Below are positions 28,591 to 41,735 of a stretch of 64,000 nucleotides of DNA, piece after piece. Numbering within the stretch: position 1 is the stretch's first letter; each line of letters begins with the position of its first letter. The notes under the pieces are model-generated. The model ran no database searches, was not told the DNA's origin, and was given only the letters and a program-made list of their open reading frames with translations. The stretch comes from Eledone cirrhosa (taxonomy: Eukaryota): assembly GCA_964016885.1 (NCBI GenBank), contig OZ024743.1, forward strand, positions 46,066,001 to 46,130,000, given 5' to 3'. Made by a program: the position numbers and the translations under genes.

Positions 28591-28994
28591 TATATATATA
28601 TTTATTAAAATAACAGATTAAAGTTTAAGCAAAGAATTGCTGCTTTCACCCTTAACGGGATCTTCTGAAACTAAAAAAATCAATCTGTGAACGCAGTAGT
28701 AAATATTTCGAAAAACGTTTCAACTAAAGGAAGACAGAAAGACGATACTTTGGTTCGTGGAAACGTTCCCTGGCAAAGAACAGAAAAAAATGAAAATAAT
28801 ACGTCATTATTTGGAGCGGTGAAAACAATTACACGCAAAGACAAAACCATGTTTATGGTATAAATGAAGTCGTAGACTAATATTCCATTAGGTGGTTCGT
28901 GGAGACGTTCCTGGCAATGAACGGAAAAAGCGAAAATAATACGTCATTATGTGGAACGTGAGAACAATTACACGCATGACATAACCACGTTTCC

Positions 28995-29633
28995 CTGAGG
29001 CTCGGCCTCCGGATCTGCCAGCCACACCAATGTCGCTGCGGTTCTACCGTGGACTCTTTCGGCCTCTACCCGCTTTCCTGTCGTCACAGTGCCGGCCGCA
29101 TTCCACGCCATTCTCCCCTCAACGAGGTCATGAAGCATGGCTTGGACGCTGCAGGCTTCCCCTTCCCAACTCGAGCCGGTGGGGCTGGATCGAGGGGACG
29201 GCAAAAGGCCAGATGGCATGACCATCTTCTCGTTTCGCAGTGGCAAAAACACGTCTGGGATGCCACTTGCACCGACACTTTCTGCAGCCGCAACCTGGTG
29301 CAGTCTGCGACTGACCCAGGTTCTGCTGCACGTCGTGATGAGGGGGCCAAACTCCTTAAATACCGGTCGCTCTCCGACAGGTTTGCGGTCGTACCCCTGG
29401 CAGTGGAGACTTCTGGTGTCCTCGGCCCAGGGCTACCCCCTTACTCACCACCATAGGCGCTGAGCTGGCCAGCCGCAGGTGTGAGCCACGCGAGTTGGAG
29501 TGGCTTTTCCAGCGCGTCTCCCTTGCCATCCTCCGGGGAAACGCCTTCTCCATTCTGTCCACCGGGCCTGTGGGTGGGCCCCATCGCGTACCGTTGTAAT
29601 TGTTGTATACAGATATTAACTCATCAATCCCAT
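28995..29633 (+). mobile_element. CRE-clade retrotransposon 3' fragment (Zn-knuckle remnant + RLE), frameshifted
   Basis: SCRHSAGRIPRHSPLNE, EPVGLDRGDGKRPDGMT, WDATCTDTF, K..KY, PLAVETSG across ORFs 29049..29456 and 29137..29463. Confidence 0.8.
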
Positions 29634-29877
29634 TGTCCTAATCCGAAATTTATACCATAAACGTGGTTTTGTCTTTGCATTAAGCTCATTATATTGACAA
29701 TTCTTCTTGAAATCAAACAGTTCCATTGAATAACAATTTATTTCCACTCTATGATTCTCGGCTTCAGAGTTAAGAAGGTTCTTATATATTTGATATATAT
29801 TTATCCTTATCGAGCCCTCTTTGGATTTTAGTCTTCAAATTTATTATTATTACTATATATATATATATATATATATA

Positions 29878-30420
29878 TTAGTATTGGTGCTCTGAAATAG
29901 CAATGAATATATGAATGCATGTATAGGTATATTTAATAATACACTGTATGTTTAATTAAAAACATTTTGAAGACCATTCGCTATGGATTTTAAAGTAGTG
30001 TCACTTACTTATTCTCGGCAAAAAGAAAGGGCAGTAATCGACAGTGCTGTTTCTCGCTCGTTAGCTGTTATCAAGACTACTTACCCCTTCGCTTCTGCCG
30101 TGAGTTATAGAAAATGGATTCTTATAGAATTCCACTAATGTTTAAGAGCTGATTAAACAGAGCGGCTGCCGGTCCAGCAAAAAATAGGTATTAGTATTGG
30201 TGTTCTGAAATAGCTATATATATATATATGTGAATGAATGTATAGTGTATTTGATAATATACTGTATGTTTAATTAAAAACATTTTGAAGACCATTCGTT
30301 ATGAGTTTTTAAAGTAGTGACTATGTCAGTTACTTAGTGACTATGTCACTTACTTATTTGTTTTTGCCGAGAATAAGTAAGTGGCATACTCACTACTTTA
30401 AAATTCATAGCGAATGGGCT
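29878..30420. repeat. Tandem plus inverted repeat cluster (PLE pLTR-like)
   Basis: About 29878-30012 is repeated at 30190-30358; 30361-30417 is an inverted copy of about 29973-30024. Confidence 0.7.
30033..30081 (-). ncRNA. Type I hammerhead ribozyme, U3-A8 core variant
   Basis: Minus strand: aguaguc-UUGAUAA-ca-gcu-aacg-agc-ga-GAAA-cag-ca-cug-UC-gauuacu; 7-bp stem I, GUC site. Confidence 0.75.
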
Positions 30421-30685
30421 ATAAATTATCGGAGCGCTGGGAGTGTTGGAGATTTGAAAATATGAGAGTACTAAATACAAAAATAACTGCAACAACAGTC
30501 GTTCACTCTAAATAGTTGAGAAAATGGATAAATTGCCCTTAGAGACGGAACGAGTGTACAAAACCGACTCTGTCCAATTTTTTTCCAACTCTAAGGATTG
30601 TTTACCAAACCATCCTTAGAGTTGCTGCAGAGCATGGCGTCAGACCCCCCTACCGATACTGCCAATCCACCGTTGTTATTACAGG

Positions 30686-30984
30686 ACGGTAGATTGGCAG
30701 TATTGGTGGAGGGTCGGACGCCATGCTTTGTGGCATTGAGTTACGCCCCTTTACGGACTTATTTCAAATCTCGCCGAGGTTAACTTTGCCTTTCATCCTC
30801 ACAGGGTCGATAAAATAAAGTACCACTAATGCACTAGTAGATTACTGGTACTTTATTTTATCGACCCCGTAAGGATGAAAGGCAAAGTAAACCTCGACGG
30901 GATTTGAACTCAGACCGTAAAGGGACGTAACTATGTTAGAAAGCATGGCCTCCAACCCTCTACCGATACTGCCAATTCACCGCC
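30686..30984. mobile_element. Tail-to-tail inverted pair of tRNA-derived SINEs
   Basis: Plus copy about 30686-30836 and minus copy about 30843-30984. Confidence 0.88.
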
Positions 30985-31053
30985 CTCAGTATTTATACTT
31001 TGAGCTTGTTAATTACAGGGTATTAATATGAGTATCTAACTCTGCCTTTTATT

Positions 31054-31164
<111 letters not shown>

Positions 31165-31290
31165 TATATTCAATGTGTTGGGATACAACAAGCAAATATT
31201 TTTATAACTGATATAAAGCACTCAACAAATTATTGGAGTGAAAATACAATATATTAACAAATGGAAACTATATTTATAAAACCATATTTA

Positions 31291-31351
31291 TTTCATTATA
31301 CATATTTCAAGGACACCAAAGCAAATTATGGTGCGCTTTCATCAGATAAAA
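31291..31351 (-). ncRNA. Type I minimal hammerhead ribozyme
   Basis: Minus strand: uuuau-CUGAUGA-aag-c-gcacca..uggugu-c-cuu-GAAA-uaugua-UA-augaa. Flank 31160-31300 is an inverted homolog of 37293-37430. Confidence 0.7.
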
Positions 31352-31534
31352 TATAATATAGATCAGTTTTATAAACAAATATTGACATACCCTTAAAGAA
31401 TGCGACCATGTCGGTTGGAAGCTTCACGATTGCGAAACCAATTCTCTAACCACTCAGCCTCGCTCTTATATATATATATACAGGCAGGTGTAAACTGATT
31501 ACCTTTTTTTATTAATATTTCTGTACATTTCTGA

Positions 31535-31722
31535 GGTTAGTGGCAGAATCGTTAGAGCGATGGACTAATGATTTGCGGTATGTTCTGGTTCTTTACATTT
31601 TGAGTTCAAATTACGCTGATGTCAACTTTGTCTTTCATCCTTCCAGGATCATTAAAACAAAGTACCTGTCAAATACTGAGGTCATTTTCCATTCCCCCAA
31701 ATTGTGCCTAAATTAGAAATCA
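31535..31722 (+). mobile_element. Older tRNA-derived SINE copy
   Basis: tggcagaatcgttagagc...gagttcaaatt...ctttgtctttcatcc...aagtacc. Confidence 0.75.
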
Positions 31723-32161
31723 GTATTTCTCAACATTTCTCTTTTCATTATATTCAACAGCTAGAGTACATTATAAACGAGCATTATGTCGATAGAGATA
31801 AAAATTATTCAGCTATGAAAACATGCTTTATGTAACATATGAAGCAACGAAACTTATACATCTGAGAGGTTTTACATTGTGCTTAAGTTATATTTCATGT
31901 AAGATTATGACGATGAGTGTTTATGCATCATATGCTGTCATGTAACTTAAAATTAAAACCTCATTTATGCTTGAGAATATGATTCTCAACTGAAGAAATA
32001 AATTTATAAAATTATGTTCTTTATTAATACTCAGTAAATATTATCATTCGTATTACCATATTTTATTGGCAAAGAGTTGTCAAAGCGTCGGATTAAATAT
32101 GTCGGTATTTGATTCGGCTATCTCCGCTTTGAATTCAAATCCTACCTAGGTCAACGTTGAA

Positions 32162-32300
32162 GGCGCCTGGCTTAGTGGTTAGAGCATTGGGCTTGCAATC
32201 GAAAGGTTGTGAATTCAATTCTCGGACCGGGTGATGTGTTGTTTCCTTGAGCAAGACACTTTATTTCACGTTGCTCCAGTTTACTCAGCTATAGAAATGA
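32162..32300 (+). mobile_element. Second tRNA-derived SINE family copy
   Basis: A-box TGGCTTAGTGG, B-box-like GAATTCAATTC, then ccttgagcaagacactttatttcacgttgctccagtttactcagct. No complete tRNA cloverleaf. Confidence 0.65.
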
Positions 32301-33340
32301 GATGATAGGACTGGGGTCCCTATCATTAAATTACCCAAGACACCTCCAACGAGATATACCTTGGAGGAGGCCAGCTAAACCTGCAAATGTGTGAGCTGCC
32401 ACACACACACACTCACACTCACACACACACACACAACGTTACCAATCATTTTTTCGGTGTTAATAAATAAAAGTACCTGGTGAAGTGCGGTGGTTTGGCA
32501 GGAACTGCGACCGGCAAATAGCATCGGCAATGAAAAATATCTATGGAAAAAGTTTCATGATCAGATCTGGTCTTTCGTGGTCTTTCTATAAGCATCAGTA
32601 TATTGCAACATTTGCTCTTGAAATTCCCTTATCAAGTGAAATTGATAAGATCATTCCATGTTGTGCGGATTTCTACTGTGTAGGCTTTGATTAAAGACTA
32701 TAACACGTTTCAACTATTCATCCATGTACCATAGACGCATGATGGAATCTTAAGGGTGCCGTGGAGACATACAATGTGTCTTAGATATTTCAACTTGATG
32801 GAGTCCATCTTTTCCTAGTTCAAAACACAGTCGATTTCTTCTACAGAAAGAATGAGGAGAGAATGGTTGATGTAGGGGAGACATCTACTCGATACTAGAT
32901 TGATTCTGTATCGGTCTCGAAACGGTGAAAAGAAAAGTTGGCTTCGCTGGGATTTGAACCTTGAGAACATATAGACAGATTGAATACCGCATATTGTTAT
33001 GTTTAATTGAATTGCTGTATGAAGACTTTTTATTTCGTAAAAATGTTTCAAGCGTTTTAGAGCGCTTAAAGTGAAGTGGTATTTATTGGGACCTACAACG
33101 AGCATGGCTCGTGGCTGCTATCACTAGTGTTAACTATTATAATTAAGCAATTAAACAATGTTCTATCTTTTATACAAATTATAACTTGAATTGCTAAACT
33201 GAAATTATGTAATGCCATCTACATACTTTTTGCTGTAAATATTTTGATTCGTCGAAGACAATAAAGATAAAAACATCATAAACACAATAAAGATAAAAAC
33301 ATCATAAACATTGTATTTATGTTCATTCGACTTGTATACG

Positions 33341-33452
<112 letters not shown>

Positions 33453-33846
33453 AGAGAGAGAGAGAAAGAAAGAGAGAGAGCTATATATATATTTATCGAA
33501 CAAGTGATACATGTTATATTATTGAGATAATACATAACTAAGGCAAATTCTACTGATGCATGAACCATATAATTTTCTGATAAAAGAGTGTGAATAGATA
33601 ATTAAAGAAAGTTTTCATTAAAATAACTCTCTAAAAAAATCTTCTCTCTTTTCTTGTAGGCAAAACAAAAGTAACTCAACATCATACTCAATAAAATATA
33701 GGTGACGTATATATTACATACAAGTATTCATTAGAGAACTATACATAACATAATTTACTGTTACAAATAACTAAATTATGAAGTCACGCAAGTAATACGC
33801 TGTTGGCGTGGCAGTAATTTACAAACCTCACCATTTATCTAATTAA

Positions 33847-33907
<61 letters not shown>

Positions 33908-33922
33908 ATATATATATATATA

Positions 33923-33990
33923 CCGACGTGAGGTATATGATTTTTAATGCAATGAAATATCTATGATCGTCGGCAAATCACTGATGAGGG
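33923..33990 (+). ncRNA. Candidate non-circularly permuted hammerhead ribozyme (family A, copy 1)
   Basis: CCGACG..AGGUA-UA-UGAUUU..GAAA-UAUCU..CGUCGG..AAAUCA-CUGAUGA. Stems I and III pair in exact core register. Confidence 0.65.
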
Positions 33991-34437
33991 ACTTATTTTA
34001 TTACATGTTATCCATGTGCTACCAGCAGTATTTTTCTCCCCATTTTATCACATATATTTACCTAAACTGCGATTCTGTTTTTTTCTCTCTCTCTCTCTCT
34101 TACTGCTCCCTCATTCTCTCTGTTTCTCCTACTTTCTTTCGCCCCCTCTGTCATGTCAGTTAACTCTTCCTCACACTTCCACTCACTCACTCACTGTTTC
34201 TCCTCTCCTCACTTCACCCCGTTCGCGACGAAAGCAATTTCTCTCTTTCTCACATTGCATTCGTTCGCGAAGGGTCTTTTTTCTAAGCGCTCATATATTC
34301 ACCTAGCTTATGCTAACAGAATAACTATGAAGCTTGTTTCCTTCTTTCTACGATTAGCTCTACTCTTTGTTGTTTTCCTGTCTCACTCGCTTTACGCGTT
34401 TTAATTGTCCTAATAACTTAATTTAGTTATTATTGCA

Positions 34438-34505
34438 CCGACGTGAGGTATATGATTTTTAATGCAATGAAATATCTATGATCGTCGGCAAATCACTGAT
34501 GAGGG
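34438..34505 (+). ncRNA. Candidate permuted hammerhead (family A, copy 2)
   Basis: Identical to 33923-33990. Confidence 0.65.
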
Positions 34506-34563
34506 ACTTATTTTATTACATGTTATCCATGTGCTACCAGCAGTATTTTTCTCCCCATTTTAT

Positions 34564-34670
<107 letters not shown>

Positions 34671-35101
34671 GTGCGTTTTATTTTCATAATCACGCATGAT
34701 GGTAAACTAGCCTGCTTTTAAATTCCCTTTTTGACATATTAATCAGTGAGAATCTGGCTATCGTGTTGAGCTCTGCTGAGGATCGTATTCCAACCGTGAC
34801 CATCTCCACTGAAAGTTTACGTGAAATAGTCTTTTTCAAGACTATACAGAGCATTTGTAGTTGTCCCAAATTGAAGGATGAGTATTTTAAACTTTATTTT
34901 ATCATGAGTTAAGGCTCTATTGATTTTTAAATGGATTTCACTAAATTCTGTTGGATAAATCTATATCCTGATTCTTTTTGAATTGAGTATGAATTATTTT
35001 TCCCACATCTTCCGTTAACTATTTTCCCATTTTGACGCTATAGTCACTTATATATTATGGAATACTGTTGGCTTCTTGCTACAATACTTTCTATACCTTT
35101 C

Positions 35102-35148
<47 letters not shown>

Positions 35149-35201
35149 AATAAACGTGCTGCGTGGTTTCTAATGGGTTACATATGAATAAAGTTAGTCC
35201 T

Positions 35202-35266
35202 TCATCAGTGATCTTCCAACCATCATTGGTATTTCATCGCTTTAAAGACCATATACCTCCGGTTGG
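35202..35266 (-). ncRNA. Candidate permuted hammerhead (family B, inverted copy)
   Basis: Reverse complement of the 35592-35656 motif. Confidence 0.65.
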
Positions 35267-35591
35267 TGCAAGCAACGGCTAATATAAGTCGTTGGGATAC
35301 GTAAATAAAGGGGACACGAGAGTGTAAAAAAACGAAGATGGTGAAGCAACGAAAGGGGAGGAAGAAAGAGTCAAGTCCCAAATTTCCATGAATATAAGTT
35401 CGGTGAAATCGTGAACGAGAGAGAATAAAGACCATCAAACCTGGTTGGAATGTGAGCAAGGAAGGAATTCCGTACAGGTCTAACGGGAGGTTTCTTCCTC
35501 ACTTTTCGTTGCTTCACCATCTTTGTTTGTTTACACTCTCGTGTCCCCTTTATTTACGTGTCCCAACGACTTTTTTTAGCCGTTGCTCGCA

Positions 35592-35656
35592 CCAACCGGA
35601 GGTATATGGTCTTTAAAGCGATGAAATACCAATGATGGTTGGAAGATCACTGATGA
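35592..35656 (+). ncRNA. Candidate permuted hammerhead (family B)
   Basis: CCAACC..GGUA-UA-UGGUCUU..GAAA-UACC..GGUUGG-AAGAUCA-CUGAUGA. Confidence 0.65.
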
Positions 35657-36228
35657 AGGACTAACTTTATTCATATGTAACCCATTAGCAACCACGCAGC
35701 ACGTTTATTCTCATATTTACACATATTTTTTCCCCCGCTGTGACCCGTCTATTTCGTTCTTACTGCTTCCTCTTTCTCTGTATCTTTACTCTCTCTAACA
35801 GTCACTCTCTCTGTTAGCCTCTTCCTCACCCTTCACTCACTCACTCTCTGTTACTACCTCTCCTCCTCCTCCTTCTTCCCCTTTGACCTGTGCGTAATTC
35901 TTTTCTTTCGCACCCTTGGTCAGGCAGGTTCGCTTTTTTTCTCTCTCTCGTCTACGATTTCACAGAACTTATGTTCACCGAATTCACAGACTAGATTCCT
36001 TCTTCCTCCCGTTAGACCTATACGGAATTCCTTCCTTGCTCACATTCCAACCAGGTTTGATGGTCTTTATTCTCTCTCGTTCACGATTTCACGGAACTTA
36101 TATTCATGGAAATTTGGGACTTGACTCTTTCTTCCTCACTTTTCGTTGCTTCACCATCTTTGTTTGTTTACACTCTCGTGTCCCCTTTATTTACGTGTCC
36201 AAACGACTTTTTTTAGCCGTTGCTCGCA

Positions 36229-36293
36229 CCAACCGGAGGTATATGGTCTTTAAAGCAATGAAATACCAATGATGGTTGGAAGATCACTGATGA
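36229..36293 (+). ncRNA. Candidate permuted hammerhead (family B, tandem copy)
   Basis: Same motif with one substitution in an unpaired linker (gcgat to gcaat). Confidence 0.65.
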
Positions 36294-37238
36294 AGGACTA
36301 ACTTTATTCATATATATATATTATTTTTTAATATTTTTTAATATTTTGTAATATTTTTTATTTTTAATATTAAATGTTTTAGTTTCTGTTTATTTATTTA
36401 TTTTCTTGTCTCTGATATTTTTATTTTTATTTTTATTAATATATTGAAATCTGTTCTCTATTTCTGCTTGATTGACAATCATGTAGAATAAAGACAAGAA
36501 TAGTATTGTTAAAATTAATATAGACTCTATATATATGTGTATATATACACACATATATGTATACTTGAATTTTTATAGCACAATGAGTATGTTTTCGTGT
36601 GAATTGGGAGTTTGTTTATAATTATGATATAAACATATGAATTTTTAAAAACTAGACATAAGATCATTACTTTTCACACATTATAGATACATGTCTCATT
36701 CATGAATACTGGTATTTACATTATAATGCCTGTTTTATACGAACTAATATTTTCTACGGGATAAAACATAGTGGTTTTAAATTCTGCATCGTTTATGTCT
36801 GGTTATGTTTCATTTTCTCTTTTTCATTTTCTCTTTTTTCTCTCTATATAACGGCTATTTTCTCTCTTAACTACATACATCTCTCTTTACATTAATACTA
36901 GAGCTAAATAAATAAATAAATAAATAAATAAATGTATCAACCGATACTCAACTTCCTAGTTTCTCTATCTATCTCTATCTATCTCTTTCTTTTTTCCTCT
37001 CTCTATATATATTTCTCTCTGTTTCTTTACATGAAGTTCTTCTCTTTATCTATCTTTCTATATCTCTCTATTTAGTCACATGCATTTCTTCTTTTTCTTC
37101 GTTTCTCTTTCTTTCTCTCTTTATCTCTTTCTTTTTACAACTGTCCACAATATTTTTTACTGCCAAATCAACCTCCCAAATGCAAGGTGATTGAAAGGTA
37201 TGTCGTATCTATTTATTTATAAGACTGTTTATATTGTA

Positions 37239-37300
37239 TTTTGTCTGAAGAAGGCATAACATATTGTTAATATGATATCCCTGAAATATATATAACGAAA
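37239..37300 (+). ncRNA. Type I minimal hammerhead ribozyme
   Basis: uuugu-CUGAAGA-agg..cauauu-guu-aauaug..ccu-GAAA-uauaua-UA-acgaaa. Confidence 0.68.
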
Positions 37301-37738
37301 TAAATATGGTTTTATAAATATAGTTTCCATTTATTTAATATCATAAATATACTCCAAATACTTGTTGAGTGCTTTTATATCAGTTATAAATATTTACTCG
37401 TTGTTAACCCAACAATTTAAATATAACTTTCCATATATACATATATATATATTTAGGAAGATACATATACCGAGCTACATATAGTTAAATATATATATAT
37501 ATATGTATGTATGTGTGTGTATATAAATATATAGAGAGAAAAAGAGAGATATATGAATGTATGTATATATGCGCATATATATATATATGCACCAATATAT
37601 ATGCACATATATGTATGTAAGTATGTATGTATGTATGTATGTATGTATGTATGTATGTACGTACGTATGTATGTATGTATGTATGTATGTATGTATGTAT
37701 GTATGTATGTATGTATGTATGTATGTATGTACGTATGT

Positions 37739-38140
37739 ACTCTGATATAACACCTGCAACCCTGATGGTATCCAATGATGTTGACTTGTTCTTCTTTTTG
37801 GTAAATATCATCTTGGTTAAGAGAGTGGGACTGGCTTTGTGCAGTGCCTTTACTCACTATAAAAGCTTCATGGCACAGGCATTGCTTTATATCTGGAGAT
37901 CTCTCTGCACTTGTCGTCACATGGTACCATGGGCCCAGCACTATGTGTCAATAATTGTCACAAGTGTAGTGTTTGTACCAGAGTTTTCAAGTCGCTGGCT
38001 GGACTAAAAAGTCACACTCGCTCAGCGCATCGGTAGGGGTTCTCCTACATGGATATAAAGTAGTGGCCATACTCTAAAACGAGTTGGCAGCCACCATGTA
38101 TGTATGTACGTACGTATGTATATACGTACGTATGTATGTA
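37739..38140 (+). mobile_element. 5'-truncated non-autonomous RTE-derived element with (TATG)n tail
   Basis: Matches 62576-62905. Encodes a terminal C2H2-like finger CSVCTRVFKSLAGLKSHTRSAHR-stop, as at the end of RTE ORFs. Confidence 0.7.
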
Positions 38141-38654
38141 TGTTTGTATGTATGTATGTGTTTCTCTCTGTATATGTATATTTTCATAAAGTCTATTAGT
38201 ATCTCAGAATGATAGGGATATATATATATTGACTCAATTACATAAAAAGATGTGAGGTGTAGATATAACCACTTCTGAAATATAGTCACATCCAAAAAAT
38301 TACTTTTGAATTATATAACATCTCTTTAAATCATCAAAGCCAATCTGAACACTTTAAAATATCTAAATAATGGTTTCATAGAAATGTAATCAAAAATTAT
38401 CAATTCTTTTCTTTATCAATGTATAAATTTTATTTTCAGACGTTGTGACAAACTTAGTAATGCAAAAATAGTAAGGAAGTTAAATCTTTAAAACAGAATT
38501 ATTGTTAATAATTATATAATTATCTTAAACATGCTACCTTACACTACACTACACCTCAATCATCTAAATCCGCTAAGCTACGTCATCCGAAAAGAAATAA
38601 TAAAGTACAATGAGTTAAATATATATGTATTATATATATATGTATGTGTGTGTG

Positions 38655-38703
<49 letters not shown>

Positions 38704-38919
38704 TATATATATATATATAATAGCAGAGAGAGAGAATCGATGAGATGTGAGAGAGAGAAGAGATATAGATAATCTTATAAAAAGTTTGTGTTCACCCCCT
38801 CGACCTATTTCCACCTACTATCTAATAGTTCTAAATAATCCGAACCTGATTGTGAATTAACGAGCAGCATATCCATAGACACGTGCACTCTTAAGATGGT
38901 TTCCAGGACGATTCAGGGT

Positions 38920-39033
<114 letters not shown>

Positions 39034-39847
39034 ATTGTAGATATAATACAAATATATCATGTGGATAATTGTTTCCGTCAGTTTTGCGACGCATTTTGCT
39101 GTGAATAGGTTGGATTTTTCGATCATCCGGCTGTTCAATATTTATTGATTCCATAGCACCAAATGGAGTCGTTGTGGCATTCTATACTTGGAAGCGCCCA
39201 CCCCTCGTCAAGTCTAAACAAACCCAATTTCTTTCAGAGAGGAAGGGGAGAGAAAATGGAAAAGAAGAAGAATCGATCCCAGTACTTGATTGGAACAAAT
39301 TCATCGACCCAAAAAGACAAAAGGCAAAGTTGGCTTCGGAGGGATTGAACTTAAAATGCAGTGAGTCTTAAGTAAACATTATTACCAGCTGACAACAAGA
39401 AGTTGGGTTAAGAATTAACTTTTCGCTTTTCATATTAAACTTAACCACAGAGAGTAAGGGTTACACCGCCAATATAAGATTATGTTGTAGACATAAAATG
39501 AACCAGTAATATTGTAAAATAGCTTGTATAAAATATCTCTTTCTTAGAATTAATTTTGACATTGATACATTTACTTTTCAGTTTAGAATTCAATTACTCG
39601 TGTTTTTGCCTACACAATATTGGTGTAATTTGCGTCAAACATCTTAAATTGCTTTGCTATAGAGACACGAATATTTCAGTTTAGAATATTCTTGACTACA
39701 CTGACCAGTGAGTGATGCAGCCAATGTTGTTTCTTGTACGGATAAAATTATCAAATAGCTCATACGTATTTAAAATCAAATTGTCTTATTTAGAAGCAAG
39801 GGATTATTCAAGATAGTGTGGAGACACCATGAAGATAATAATAATAA

Positions 39848-40170
39848 TGTTTCTACTTTTGGCACAAAGCCAGCAATTATCCCAGTGCATTACTGGTGCT
39901 TTATTTTATCGACCCCGTAAGGATCAAAGGCAAAGTTCACCATGCGGGATTTGAACTCAGAACGTAAATGGCCATAACTCCTATGCTGCAAAGCATGGTG
40001 TCTGGCGCTCTACCGATACTGATTTCTACAATAAGCACAAGGTCAGAAATTTTGGGGCGGGAAGGTCGATTAAATCGACCCCAGTGCATTACTGGTACTT
40101 TATGTTATCGCCCCCGTAAGGATGAAAGGCAAAGTTAACCTTGGCAGGATTTGAACTCATATCGTAAAGG
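39848..40170 (-). mobile_element. Two tandem tRNA-derived SINE copies
   Basis: Two reverse-complement SINE cores (atcg.ccccgtaaggat.aaaggcaaagtt...gatttgaactca). Confidence 0.85.
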
Positions 40171-40200
40171 TGGTGGTGGTGTGGAATTGTTGGTGTTTGT

Positions 40201-40234
<34 letters not shown>

Positions 40235-40237
<3 letters not shown>

Positions 40238-41110
40238 TGTATGGAGTTTTTTGTGTATTCGGTGTCATCTCTGATGCACCTCAGTGTAGCTTCGACTTCT
40301 TCCTGAGGAGTTTTGCTCGCTTTTTAGTCTCCACTGAGATGCATCTAAAGAACACCGTGCTCCTCTTCACCGCTTCTAAAGCCTCTGCCTGGACGGTTAA
40401 GTTGGCCCATATTTGCTCTTGTTTAATGAGCTTCCATACCTGTGCTAACTTTTTATCTTTTGGGGTAAGGTCCATGCTAAAACCTCGCCTTTTTGTTGCT
40501 GCAGTAGCGAAAGTGTTCTTGTTGTCTGTGTTTCTGGTCACATTGTTGTTAGTTTTCTTAACGTTGTTGTTCTCATTTTTCTTTATGCTATTCTTGTTGT
40601 TGGTGTTGTCGTTGTTGCGTTTGATGTTGGTGTTGTTGTTAATCACTCTGTTGTTCTTAGTGCAGTTGCTGTTATTGTTGTCGTTGTTTTCTTGACTTGC
40701 TTCGTTGTTGCTGTTGGAGCTGTCGCCGTTCAAATTGTTGTTTTTGTTGGTGTTGTTAATTTAGTTGTTTTTGTTGCCATTGTTTCTTTCATCTGTCGTT
40801 TGGTTGTTGGTGAGGTGCTGTTGTTTTTGTTGCTGGTAATACTGCCTAAATCTGCTAGGGGCGGTGCTACTCAGCTCAATTCCTGCACTGCTGTCACGCG
40901 TCAGTTGGAGGACGTGGCTCCGCAATGTTTTTTTTTTGTTTTTGTTTTTTATTTAAAACAAAGTTCAAATATTTGGGCCAAGAGGCCCAAATATTATAAC
41001 GTCTCCCCCTTCACAGGGCAAAGACGGAAGTCTTATGACGTTTTTCAAAAGATATAACAATACAAATGAAGATAAAACTGAAAATTTACCGCTTTACGGG
41101 CCTCAAAAAA
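40235..41110 (-). mobile_element. 5' remnant (UTR + ORF1 N-terminus) of a third Tx1-like family
   Basis: Asn-rich stretch then TFATAATK...VKRSTVFFRCISVETKKR, comparable to SFAETVNK...VRRTVTFRTVSNATRK of family 2. UTR hairpin ttgggcc..ggcccaaa.attt.aacttt resembles 4766-4797. Confidence 0.55.
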
Positions 41111-41164
41111 AAACTTCTTCCTTGTCCGACAGTCAATAACACTACTACAAATAATAATGATAAT

Positions 41165-41735
41165 AATTGTATCTACTTTTGGCACAAGGCCAGCAATTAC
41201 CCCAGTACATTAGTGGTACTTTATTTTATCGACCCCGTAAGGATGAAAGGCAAAGTTAACCTCGATGGGATTTGAACTCAGACAGTAAAGGGACGTAACT
41301 ACACTAGAAAGCAATGATAATAATGATAATAATATGACATTATATGACATAATAATTGTTTCTACTTTTGGTGCAAGGCCAGCAATTACCCAGTACATTA
41401 CAGGTACTTTATTTTATCGACCCCGTATGGATGAAAGGCAAAGTTAACCTCGGCGGGATTTGAACTCAGATCGTAAAGGGACGTAACTATGCTGGAAAGC
41501 ATCTCCGATCCTCTACCGATACTGCCAATTCTGATGGTGGATTGGCAGTATCGGTAGAGTGTCGGACGCCATGCTTTGCAGCAAAGAGTTACAGCCCCTT
41601 ATGGTCTGAGTTCAAATGCCGCCGAGGTTAACTTTGCCTTTCATCCTTACGGGGTCGATAAAATAAAGTACCAGTAATACACTGGGATAATTGCTGGCAT
41701 TGTGCCAAAAGAAGAAACAATTATTATTATTATTA
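41165..41735. mobile_element. Cluster of three tRNA-derived SINEs (minus, minus, plus; last two head-to-head)
   Basis: Copies at about 41165-41312 (-), 41353-41530 (-) and 41535-41722 (+). Confidence 0.88.

Larger units (their letters stand above)
35146..36312. mobile_element. Retrozyme/PLE-like non-coding element, family B (inverted copy + tandem copies, 637-bp period)
   Basis: 35146-35490 is a minus-strand copy of the unit seen at about 36005-36312; about 35492-35675 repeats 36128-36312 directly; (TA)n flanks. Confidence 0.75.

Noticed and set aside
32162-32235. tRNA gene (also considered for other SINE heads)
   Set aside because: A and B boxes only; no intact cloverleaf, and the sequence continues into a SINE body.
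33950-33990. SECIS element reading of the AUGA...GA motif (some Naiads encode selenoproteins)
   Set aside because: No proper helix II or apical AA spacing, no upstream in-frame TGA ORF, and the hammerhead pairing explains the covariation better.
35223-36272. Duplicated ORFs 35223..35459 and 35916..36272
   Set aside because: Hydrophobic translations of a pyrimidine-rich repeat with non-ATG starts and no recognisable domain.
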